Origin: Octopus vulgaris | Lineage: Eukaryota | Direction: 5' to 3' | Assembly: GCA_951406725.2 (NCBI GenBank) | Contig: OX597826.1 | Location: forward strand, 46,004,001-46,068,000 | DNA length: 64,000 nt | Shown here: piece by piece, positions 25,616 through 36,006 of the stretch | Position numbering within the stretch: the first letter of the stretch is position 1 | Layout of the letters: every line of letters starts with the position of its first letter | Notes under the pieces: generated by a model | Seen by the model: only the letters and a program-made list of their open reading frames with translations | Told to the model about the DNA's origin: nothing | Databases searched by the model: none | Position numbers and translations under genes: made by a program

Positions 25616-25908
25616 AATGTAAAATGAAGTGCCTTGCTCAAAGACATGACATTTTGCCTCATTCAGAAACAGAACTCACAACCTTTTGATTGCAAAGTAA
25701 AGCACTTTAGTCACTAAGCACTGCAATTCTACAGGGTGTTGTTATAGTACTATAATAGTTAAACTATTGACTATAATTTCTGAGTTGAGCATTTCGACTG
25801 ATTCAACAATATGTCATTCATTTATGAAAGAGATGGTTGAAGAATATTCTTCAGAATTTATAAAGTTTCAAAGAAATTAAAATGTCTCCGAACATTGTTA
25901 GTGCTTAC

Positions 25909-26055
25909 CTGGATATCCATGAGAGTTGACAGAAAACGGTTTGCTAGCTTAGCACCATTGTCCATTGTTGGTAATGCAAATTTTTCTTCGTTATACAGTA
26001 TTCTTTCAACTGGACAGACAACACAAGCAGTTCCAGCACCAAAAACTTCTACTAT
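25909..26055 (-). CDS. BCAT: BCAT coding exon with CXXC motif
   Basis: ctcttag|ATA...CAG|gtaagc; 147 nt. [49 protein letters not shown]. Confidence 0.96.
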
Positions 26056-27079
26056 CTAAGAGACAGAATCAAAACAAAAACAAAAAAAAAAAAAACACTA
26101 TACAACAATGAAAATATTGGTTTCAAATTTTGGCACAAGGCCAGCAATTTGGGGGAGGGGGTAAGTTGATTACATCAACCCCGCCACCTGTGCTCAACAT
26201 GTCTCTTTACTCTTTTACTCTTTTACTTGTTTCAGTCATTTGACTGCGGCCATGCTGGAGCACCGCCTTTAGTCGAGCAAATCGACCCCGGGACTTATTC
26301 TTTGTAAGCCCAGTACTTATTCTATCGGTCTCTTTTTTGCCGAACCGCTAAGTGACGGGGACGTAAGCACACCAGCATCGGTTGTCAAGCAATGCTAGGG
26401 GGACAAACACAGACACACAAACACATACATATATATATATATATACGACAGGCTTCTTTCAGTTTCCGTCTACCAAATCCACTCACAAGGCATTGGTCGG
26501 CTCAGGGCTATAGCAGAAGACACTTGCCCAAGATGCCACGCAGTGGGACTGAACCCGGAACCATGTGGTTGGTTAGCAAGCTACTTACCACACAGCCACT
26601 CCTGCGCCTTATTTTACTTATATGTACTTATTTTTTTCAACCCTGGAAGGACGAAAGGCAAAGTCGACCTTGGCAGAATATGAGTTCAAAACATCAAGAC
26701 AGACAAAAGGCTGCCAAGCATTCTGTCTAGCATGTTATTGATTCCATGCTTTGGCACAAGGCCAGTAGGTTCAGGTTAGGTGTAGTTCAATTTCATTGAC
26801 CCCCAGTGTTTATCGACCCCGAAAAGATGAAGGAAAAGTCAGCCATAGCAGAATTTGAACTCAGAATGTAAAAACACACAGAATGCTGGCAAACATCATG
26901 TCCAGCATGCTAACGATTCTGCCAGCCAGTTAGCTTCCTTATGTTACAGCTGTTTCTGCTATAAGATGTAATGCACTCATTGTTCCTTTGTCATTTAACT
27001 AATTTCTTATTATGCTCCGTACTCGGCTAATGCTTTTTTTTCTGAACCAAAAATCGGAATTGAAATTGAACCAATCCTA

Positions 27080-27625
27080 TGACTGGCACCCGGCAATTGC
27101 CAGGGCTGCTGGACTGACTCCTGTGCAGGTGGCAGTAAAGAAACACCGTTTCGACCCTGTGCTTGAGGAGATCAATTGAGTCAAGTACACCAACATCAAA
27201 AATCAATGGAAACTGCAGTAGTGATCCCTGTGCCGGTGGCACGTAAAAAGCACCATCCGAACATGGCTGATGCCAGCCCCGCCTAGACTTGGCTTCTGTG
27301 CCGGTGGCACGTAAAAAGCACCATCCGAACGTGGCCGATGCCAGTGCCGCCTTGACTGGCTTCTGTGCCGGTGGCACGTAAAAAGCACCAATCCGATCGT
27401 AGCCGTTGCCAGCCTCGCCTGGCACCTGTGCCGGTGGCATGTAAAAAGCACCCACTACACTCACAGAGTGGTTGGCGTTAGGAAGGGCATCCAGCTGTAG
27501 AAACACTGCCAGATCAGACTGGAGCCTGGTGCAGCTTTCTGGCTTCCCAGATCCCCGGTCGAACCGTCCAACCCATGCTAGCATGGAGAATGGACATTAA
27601 ACGATGATGATGATGATGATGATGA
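27080..27625 (+). mobile_element. SINE-like family D with internal ~55-62-bp tandem units and (GAT)n tail (representative copy)
   Basis: Repeated GCCGGTGGCACGTAAAAAGCACC units, then GGTTGGCGTTAGGAAGGGCATCCAGCTGTAGAAAC (Nin-domain-like) and GTTAAACGATGATG. Copies at 4273 (-), 8277 (-), 11220, 14065, 29700, 31010, 32215 and 59710 (-). Confidence 0.85.
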
Positions 27626-27698
27626 GATAATTAATGAACTCTAACATCAGGTTATTAGTATTGCTATATCAAATCCTGTATGTGTGCGTAGAACTTAC

Positions 27699-27767
27699 CC
27701 TTTTTTCGTTCAGTGCTGTCAAAAACTCTTTCATGTTGATCTCCTTCTCAGATACTTTGAATTCATT
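27699..27767 (-). CDS. BCAT: BCAT coding exon
   Basis: ttccag|AAT...AGG|gtaagt; 69 nt. NEFKVSEKEINMKEFLTALNEKR, cf. human BCAT1 [23 protein letters not shown]. Confidence 0.93.
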
Positions 27768-27846
27768 CTGGAATTAGAAATGTGTTGAAAATTTTGGAAA
27801 AAGGGAAGGAAGAATGAAATAAAATCTATGGAAGGCATCGCACATA

Positions 27847-28246
27847 TCTTTATATATAAAAGTCAAGTTGTGTGTCTGTCTCCTACGATTTAGATTCCTA
27901 ACTACTCCCACATTTTGTGGTGCAGTTTAACCAAAACCGGGTATCTTATAGTCGTGATTCATATCAAGCCCTTCTGGATATTAGCGCGCGTCTACGATGA
28001 GTCTACGATTTAAAAAAAAATTTACCATCATTTTTTTTTCCATTTTAGTGCATTTTTTTGCTATTATATAAGGGAAGTAACTCTCTAAAAATGTCTACGA
28101 TGAATCTACGATTTAAAAAAAAATTTACCATAATTTTTTTTCCATTTTTAATACATATTTTTGCTAATTTTTGGCTATAACTCTCTAAAAATGCTTATAT
28201 AGTTATTTCCCTTACAAATCTGAGCAACGCCAGGCGATACTGCTAG
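27847..28246 (+). mobile_element. Non-autonomous Helitron
   Basis: A|TCTTTATATATAAAAG ... CGCCAGGCG-atactg-CTAG|T: 5' TC, 3' CTAG with a subterminal GC-rich hairpin, inserted at an A-T site. Has an internal tandem duplication. Confidence 0.7.
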
Positions 28247-28454
28247 TGAAAAATAAATAAGACAGGTAATCACAAGGTGTATGAATGTGCAACTGTTATT
28301 TTACTCTTTCTCTCTCTCCCTCCCTCTCAATCTATGTACATACACACGTACACATGTGTGTATACATGTATATAAACACATGCATTTACATGACGCCATG
28401 ATAGATCGTTAGCTCCTACACGCATTTTTTTCTCTCCTTGTTTTTTTCTGTGTA

Positions 28455-28492
28455 TCTTTCTGTCGAAGAACGTAGGCTCGAAACGTAAAAGA
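28455..28492 (+). ncRNA. Minimal hammerhead motif, CUGUCGA core variant (second copy)
   Basis: tcttt-CTGTCGA-a-gaac/gtag/gctc-GAAA-cg-TA-aaaga, inside a ~200-bp repeat (about 28397-28590) homologous to 19192-19394. Confidence 0.6.
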
Positions 28493-28636
28493 CTTGTTCT
28501 ATTTCTATTCCTGAGCGCCATACTAACACATTTGTTTGTTTGTACTCCACCTGCCTTCGTCTTTTGTTTATTTTCGTAAACCTTCCCGTTTCATATGTAT
28601 CAGTTTTTGTACATATATGTGTGTGTGTGCATTATG

Positions 28637-28667
<31 letters not shown>

Positions 28668-29086
28668 GAGTGTATGTATGTATGTATTAAAGAGTTGAGT
28701 TTTCACAGACGAGACCTTAGTTATTCTTTCTCCCTTCCGTTTTCGCATTTTAGCAGCAGCAAATATATGCCCGTTGGTCAAGGTATGCACAAAGAAACTA
28801 ATATTTGGTAGAAGAAAAAGTGTTCCCAGAATAAATTACTCGCAATATTTTGGTATGTCACAGCATCATTTTTCCGCCAGTTTCTGCAAACCTTCTTTAC
28901 TTCAACAAGCTGTGGGCTGTCAAAGACAGGAAGCATCTTCTATTGTATGTCTATACTTAGAGAAATCTATTTTGCCCTTCTGTTGAAACGCTTAAGAATC
29001 CAAGAATTAATGTCTTCCTCTCCCGCTTTCTATTTCTTCCAGTCTTTATCTGCCACATGTTTTTTTTTTTTCATTTATATATGATA

Positions 29087-29481
29087 CTAGCAGCTAAGCC
29101 CGGTTTCACCCGGTCTGTTTGGATGATGTGGCTGTGATCGTTTTCTGTTAGGTATAATCTATAACAGCGTTTGTCAGCCTTATCATTTCGGGTCCCCTGT
29201 TTCGATTGGAGCCTCCAGCTATATGAAAATTTCCTGATCCCAGCTTCTGAGCAACTGGTTGTTTTAATGGCAGAAGACAGAGGGAAATTCCATTAGAAAA
29301 AGTTTTAATCGATTTTCTCGGTAACTATGGGGGTTAGGAAAAAAATACAAACTGCATTCCAATCTATGCACCTGTCTCCACATGTGTGCCATTTTCCACG
29401 CGAATTCACTTAGCAGTTTGGCTGTGAACCTCAAGACAAGAAAGAATACAATGATCGCCCATGTCCAATTTATATTATAGA
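29087..29481 (-). mobile_element. Non-autonomous Helitron (different family)
   Basis: Minus strand: A|TCTATAATATAAA ... CCGGGTGAAACCGGG-cttagctg-CTAG|T. Confidence 0.65.
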
Positions 29482-29699
29482 TTATTTTCAAATCTGGAAT
29501 TATATGTACATAGGTACAGACGTGGTTGTGTGGTGAAGAAGCATGTGGTTTCATGTTCGGTTCCACCGCACAACACCTTGGGCAAGTGTGTTCCACTACA
29601 GCCCCAGCTCAACCAATATCATGTGAGTGAATTAGGTAAACAGAAACTGAGTGGAAGCCTGTCATACAAACATACATCATCACCATCACCACCTTTACA

Positions 29700-32522
29700 A
29701 CCCTGTGGTACGTAAAAAGCACCATCCGAATCGTGGCCGATGCCAGCGCCGCCTTGACTGGCTTCCGTGCTGGTGGCACGTAAAATGCACCAATCCGATC
29801 GTGGCCATTGCCAGCCTCGCCTGGCACCTGTGCAGGTGGCACGTAAAAAGCACCCACTACACTCTCGGAGTGGTTGGCGTTAGGAAGGGCATCCAGCTGT
29901 AGAAACACTGCCAGATCAGACTGGAGCCTGGTGCAGCCTTCTGGCTTCCCAGATCCCCGGTCGAACCGTCCAACCCATGCTAGCATGGAGAACGGACGTT
30001 AAACGATGATGATGAATAATGAAATTATTGTATACAGTGCTCAGGTGCACCACAAATTATCAGAAAGTGCGTATAAAGTATATGCAGTAATGTACAAATG
30101 TCTGGAAAGCGAACAATGTATGAGTCAGATACATGCTTGTGTGTGTATAGAGGAGAGAAAATCAGGTGTAGTGTTGGCGAATCTCAAGAAGCATGGAAGT
30201 TTTGAAGGATGCAGTGCTCCAACAACTAACAACTGATGCCGGCAGTTTGTTCCATACTTCAGCAACTCTCAGCGTGAAAAAATGTTTCCTAAAATCATGG
30301 GAGCTGTGCTGTTTTCTGACTTTGTAAATATGTCCACGGGTGTTAGACGGGTGGAATTTGAAAAGGTGCTCAGAGTTATTGTTTGTAAGATGGTTAATAA
30401 TTTTATGGGTGTCTGCCAAGTCAGCTGCCAGACGTCGGAGTTTCAGTGTATCCATGCCCAGGGAAGTAAGGCATTCAGAATATGGCAAATGCCTGATGGA
30501 GGGTATTCTTTTGGTTGCACGTCGCTGAACGGCTTGTTAAGTTTGATATTTATTCTATCAGTCTCTTAGCTGAACTGCTGTTATAGGAATGTAAACAAAC
30601 CAACACTGGTTGTCAGGATGTGTGACAAACACACAGGCACAAAAACACACACACATACACGATGAACTTCCACACAGTTTCTATCTACAGAATTCACTCA
30701 CAAGGCATTAGTTGAAATGAGATTTTAGTAGAAGATACTTTGCCTGTGGTGCTGTGCAGTAGGACTGAACTCAAAACTACGTAACTGCAAGGTGAGCATC
30801 TTAACCTCATGGCCATGCCTGTGCTTACATGTACACTAATATTTCATGCAAGCATTGAACACGTTTGTCTAGAATTTTTCTAGCTTACAACCATGAGAAC
30901 ACTGAAGTTTATACACAAACATCAATCATACAATGTACCCTTCAGTGAAAGAGGGAATCCCCTTGTCAGCAAAGATAGAAAGAGAGGAAGAAAGAAAGGG
31001 ACAGTTTGTAAAAAGCACCATCTGATCGTGGCCGTTGCCAGCGCCGCCTGGCCCCCGTGCCGGTGGCATGTAAAAAGCACCATCCAATCGTGGCCATTGC
31101 CAGCCTCGCCTGGCACCTGTGCAGGTGGCACGTAAAAAGCACCCACTACACTCTCGGAGTGGTTGGCGTTAGGAAAGGCATCCAGCTGTAGAAACACTGC
31201 CAGATCAGACTGGAGCCTGGTGCAGCCTTCGGGCTTCCCAGATCCCCGGTCGAACCGTCCAACCCATGCTAGCATGGAGAACGGATGTTAAACGATGATG
31301 ATGAATAATGAAATTATTGTATACAGTGCTCAGGTGCACCACAACTTATCAGAAAGTGCGTATAAAGTATATGCAGTAATGTACAAATGTCTGGAAAGCG
31401 AACAATGTATGAGTCAGATACATGCTTGTGTGTGTATAGAGGGGAGAAAATCAGGTGTAGTGTTGGCGAATCTCAGAAAGCATGGAAGTTTTGAAGGATG
31501 CAGTGCTCCGACAACTAACAACTGATGCCAGTAGTTTGTTCTATGCTTCAGCAACTCTCAGCGTGAAAAAATGTTTCCTAAAATCATGGGAGCTGTGCTG
31601 TTTTCTGACTTTGTAAATATGTCCACGGGTGGAGTTTGAAAAGGTGCTCAGAGTTATTGTTTGTAAGATGGTTGGAAGTAAGGCATTCAGAATATGGCAA
31701 ATGCCTGATAGAGGGTATTCTTTTGGTTGCACGTCGCTGAACGGCTTGTTAAGTTTGGTATTTATTCTATCAGTCTCTTAGCTGAACTGCTGTTATAGGA
31801 ATGTAAACAAACCAACACTGGTTGTCAGGATGTGTGACAAACACACAGACACAAAAACACACACACATACACGATGAACTTCCACACAGTTTCTATCTAC
31901 AGAATTCACTCACAAGGCATTAGTTGAAATGAGATTTTAGTAGAAGATACTTTGCCTATGGTGCTGTGCAGTAGGACTGAACTCAAAACTATGTAACTGC
32001 AAGGTGAGCATCTTAACCTCATGGTCATGCCTATGCTTACATGTACACTAATATTTCATGCAAGCATTGAACATGTTTGTCTAGAATTTTTCTAGCTTAC
32101 AACCATGAGAACACTGAAGTTTATACACAAACATCAATCATACAATGTACCCTTCAGTGAAAGAGGGAATCCCCTTGTCAGCAAAGATATATAGAGAGAG
32201 GAAGAAAGAAAGGGACGGCATGTAAAAAGCACCATCTGATCGTGGCCGTTGCCAGCCTCGCCTGGCCCCCGTGCCGGTGGCATGTAAAAAGCACCATCCG
32301 ATCGTAGCCGTTTGCCAGCCTCGTCTGGCACCTGTGTCGGTGGCACGTAAAAAGCACCCACTACACTTACGGAGTGGTTGGCGTTAGGAAGGGCATCCAG
32401 CTGTAGAAACACTGCCAGATCTGACTGGCCTGGTGCAGCCTTCGGGCTTCCCAGACCCCAGTTGAACCATCCAACCCATGCTAGCATGGAAAGCGGACGC
32501 TAAACGAAGATGATGATGATGA
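29700..32522. repeat. Tandem segmental duplication, period 1289 bp (SINE-X-SINE-X'-SINE)
   Basis: Near-identical ORFs at 30006 and 31295 (offset 1289). The offset falls to 1212 downstream because of deletions in the second copy. Confidence 0.92.
30020..30530 (-). mobile_element. CR1-clade LINE 3' fragment (duplicated at about 31310-31740)
   Basis: YSECLTSLGMDTLKLRRLAADL...TRGHIYKVRK...RKHFFTLRVAEVWNKLP...SFK. Confidence 0.85.
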
Positions 32523-32640
32523 TATATATATATATATATATACATATATGTGTGTGTGTAGCAAGAGAGAGAGAGAGAGAGAGAGAGAGAGTAAAAGAAT
32601 TATAAAAGAAATTTAAGACTTGCTGAAACTAAATACATAC

Positions 32641-32726
32641 CCAGTCGCGGGCCAATTCCAAAAGACTTCTCCGGGTGACTCCAGGTAAGATGAGTCCATT
32701 GAGAGGAGGTGTGATTAGTTCTTTCT
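32641..32726 (-). CDS. BCAT: BCAT coding exon
   Basis: tttggcag|AG AAA...GAC TGG|gtatgt; 86 nt, phase 1/0. (E)[28 protein letters not shown] contains the ILPGVTR motif. Confidence 0.96.
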
Positions 32727-33721
32727 CTGCCAAAAAAAAAAAGGTAAAGGAAACCAATTACTACTATATTGAAGCTAGCTGTGGTGGCTACAACAAGCTA
32801 ACGAACAAAAAAAATAACGTATACAAGGTGGTATCAAAAAGTTCGTGGACTAGTTCTGTAGCACCAAACAGATGGCAGCACATGGTTGTGTGCACAGTGA
32901 GAGCTAGCAGTGACCTCTATGAAGCAGTGTGTCTAGTGACATCATTGTGCTTACTTTGCAAGTTGTGGAATTTGTGTTTTTTATTTCTTTATTGCCCACA
33001 AGGGGTTAAACATAGAGGAGAAAAACAAGGATAGACAAAGGGATTAAGTCAATTACATCGACCCCAGTGTGTAACTGGTATTTAATTTATCAACCCCAAA
33101 AGGATGAAAAGCAAAGTCAACCTCGGCGGAATTTGAACTCAGAACGTAACGCCAGACGAAATACTGGTAAGCATTTCGCCCCGCATACTGTTTCTGCCAG
33201 CTCGTTGCTTTGCTAACGTTTCTGCCAGCTCGCCGCCTTAGCTACAACAGCCCCAGGTCAACTATGTATGTGCGTGTTTGTATGTATATATATATATAAA
33301 CAAAACAAAAAAAATGAAACAAGAACGTAACAGGTGACAATAAAACATTTGGTTAGTTAGACGATACAAAAAAGAACAGGAAAAAACAAGGATGGGTCAT
33401 TCGGAGCTTTCAATCTTCAGTCAAGTACCAGATCATCTTTGCAGTTTTGACTGGTTACTCTTGAGAGTACTCTAATCTGGCCGGCCCCAAGAAAATCTAT
33501 GCTAAGAGCACTAGATTCTTTGGAAGAAAGCAAGCGAATGTATACGAAAACAAGGATGAAAAAAGTGGAGAAATGGTACGGAGCCGGCCAGATTAGAACA
33601 GGGGTTGATGTAACTGAGTTATCCACTCCCACAAAATTGGTGACCTTGTGTCAAAATTTGAAATCATTATCAGTATCGTTTTATTTTACCTGTGGCTATA
33701 TAAGATTTCTTTAATACTGAC

Positions 33722-33864
33722 CTCCGTCTTCGTTAATCCAATAGATGAAGAGATTCATGGTGCCAACTTCTGTCAATTGGTGATCCTCTCCAAACAACCA
33801 GAGAACTTGTTGGCAACTCTTCTGAAGAGCTTCAACTTGTGGCAATAACGTGGGAGCATAGTTC
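33722..33864 (-). CDS. BCAT: BCAT coding exon
   Basis: ttacag|G AAC TAT...GGA G|gtcagt; 143 nt, phase 2/1. [47 protein letters not shown] (class IV aminotransferase EVGTMNLF). Confidence 0.97.
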
Positions 33865-34016
33865 CTGTAAAAGTAGTGAGTAAACAGAGACCTGTTATGT
33901 TTTCCATACAAAGAACAAATCAAAGAAACAGTCTAGCCATTTAATCAAAACAAGACAACACCCACTTTCCTGTAAACATATTTGCACTCAATACACACTC
34001 TAAACTTAATTTATAC

Positions 34017-34673
34017 TAGTGGTTCTCAACAGGGGTCCACACAAAATTTTGCTGTTAAAATTTGTACAATTCCTTTCTACTCTAAGCACAAGGCCCGAAA
34101 TTTTGAGGAAGGGGGCCAGTCAATTAGATAAATCCCAGTATGCAACTGGTACTTAATTTATTGACCCTGAAAGGATGAAAGGCAAAGTCGACCTCAGCAG
34201 AATTTGAACTCAGAACGTAGCGGCAGATGAAATACCTATTTCTTTACTACCCACAAGGGGCTAAACACAGAGAGGACAAACAAGGACAGACAAATGGATT
34301 TAGTCGATTATATCGACTCCAGTGCGTAACTGGTACTTATTTAATCGACCCCGAAAGGATGAAAGGCAAAGTCGACCTCGGCGGAATTTGAACTCAGAAC
34401 GTAACAGCAGACGAAATACGGCTACACAATTCGCTCAGCGTGCTAACGTTTCTGCCAGGTCGCCGCCGTAATTTGTGCAAGAAATTGGCTATACTTCTAA
34501 ACTACCCAAAGTATTTCTATTCTTTTATACAATTCCTAATAATATTTAGCAACAAAAATACAGTAGGATTTTTATAAATATATATATATATATACATCAA
34601 ATGGCTATGGAGGTCCAGTAGAGTAAAATAAGAATCAAAGGGGTCAACAGGCAAAACTGGATAAAAACCACTG
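34017..34673. mobile_element. hAT-type non-autonomous element with SINEs inserted in it
   Basis: Termini TAGTGGTTCTCAAC ... ATAAAAACCACTG; exact 8-bp TSD ATTTATAC (34009-34016, 34674-34681). Confidence 0.8.
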
Positions 34674-34824
34674 ATTTATACAAAAAAAAAAAAAAAATTC
34701 AAGACAATTTAATTTGTTACCTGAAAGGGTTTTTTTAAAAAAATATATTGATGTAAGGGAGATAATAGTGAAAAAAAAAGTAACATTTGCTTCCCCTGAT
34801 AAAACGATTTCTTATGTAAATAAA

Positions 34825-35126
34825 CAATTGCAGCGTGGAAGGTGTTTGTAAGCCATTTAAGAAACACATTAAAGCCGTTCGATTCACTTCAACATTTAAG
34901 TTTAATTTGTCAAAATATTTTCGTCGCTAAAATCCGCGACCTGTTCACTGATGCGGTCTTATAGCGACGAAAATATTTTGACAAATTAAACTTAAATGTT
35001 GAAGTGAATCGAACGGCTTTTGTGTGTTTCTTAAATGGCTTACAAACACCTTCCACGCTGCAATTGTTTTCGTTCCAGCACACGATCTCAGATCAAATCA
35101 CTTGCTATGCGAGTACATCTCCGTAA
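34825..35126. mobile_element. Young fold-back Penelope-like non-autonomous insertion
   Basis: Inverted arms of ~107 bp (34822-34929 / 34962-35069, 2 mismatches seen) plus a ~57-bp tail. Flanked by a 13-bp direct repeat TTATGTAAATAAA (34812-34824, 35127-35139). Confidence 0.75.
34909..34951 (-). ncRNA. Hammerhead-like motif with G3-C8 swapped core
   Basis: Minus strand: tca-GTGAACA-g-gtcgc/ggatttta/gcgac-GAAA-atat-TT-tgac. Confidence 0.55.
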
Positions 35127-35664
35127 TTATGTAAATAAATAAATACAAAAATGCAGATTCTGTGATCAGATTTAATAGATTATATTAATACTTAGACAGC
35201 TATTTTATCAATCTTTTCGTGGTGACAGGCAAAGCCAAATGAATGAAATGTTTGAATTTTCACGGTGTAGATTTTCTTGATGTTTAGTATTCATATGCAA
35301 CAATGACAAGCTTACACCGTAACAAAAGATTAAAAATGATTTAATAAAGATGCAAACAGACATCGAATAGGATTAAGGTAATTAAATAGCAGAAGGAACT
35401 GTTTGAAAGGTCAAGAGGTTTGCTTCCCAATTACAGGGGGTTTTGGGTTCAATCCTGCAGCATGGCATCTTCTACTTTTCTACCGTAGCTCTGGACCCGG
35501 GGTCAACTAAAGCCTTGTCAGTGGATTTGTTGAGGGAAACTGAAAAAAGCCCATTGTCTACATACATACATACATACATACACACACACACGTATATTCG
35601 TATTTCATTATTATCATTAACATCATCATTTAACGTCTGCTTTCCATGCTGGCATGGATTAGAC

Positions 35665-36006
35665 CAGAGGTTCACAAAAATTTTGGGGCCACCGCACCCC
35701 TAATGGCCACATGATACCCTCAGCGCTCCCAGTGGCAGACGCCATTAGAAAAACTTAAATATCTTATATTTTACTAATTTAAATATACTATGAATCATTT
35801 GATATTTAATATGATATATAATTTGCATACAATACTATAATAATATTATAATAAACTCATAGCATCCCCCAATCCACTGCCTTCCTCCAAATGCCTCCAT
35901 TTTCTCTACCACTTCCACTCCCATCACCCCCTTAGGCACCTGCGCTCACCTGGATCGTCTCAACGCCCACCGGGGGGTGGGGTAGCACTCACTTTGAGAA
36001 CCTATG
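35665..36006. mobile_element. hAT-type MITE inserted into a SINE
   Basis: Termini CAGAGGTTCACAAA ... TTTGAGAACCTATG; 8-bp TSD GATTAGAC (35657-35664, 36007-36014). The interrupted SINE resumes on the far side. Confidence 0.8.

Noticed and set aside
27027-27584. Recurrent ORF MLAWVGRFDRGSG...AVFLQLDALPNANH (also 4317, 29609, 30922, 32134, 59753)
   Set aside because: Antisense reading of SINE family D; the recurrence reflects the repeat, not a gene family.
33400-33424. Minus-strand CTGAAGA-tt-GAAA-gc-TC, a hammerhead core with no stem II
   Set aside because: Stem II is absent and stem I does not pair in register; a single copy cannot be told from chance or decay.
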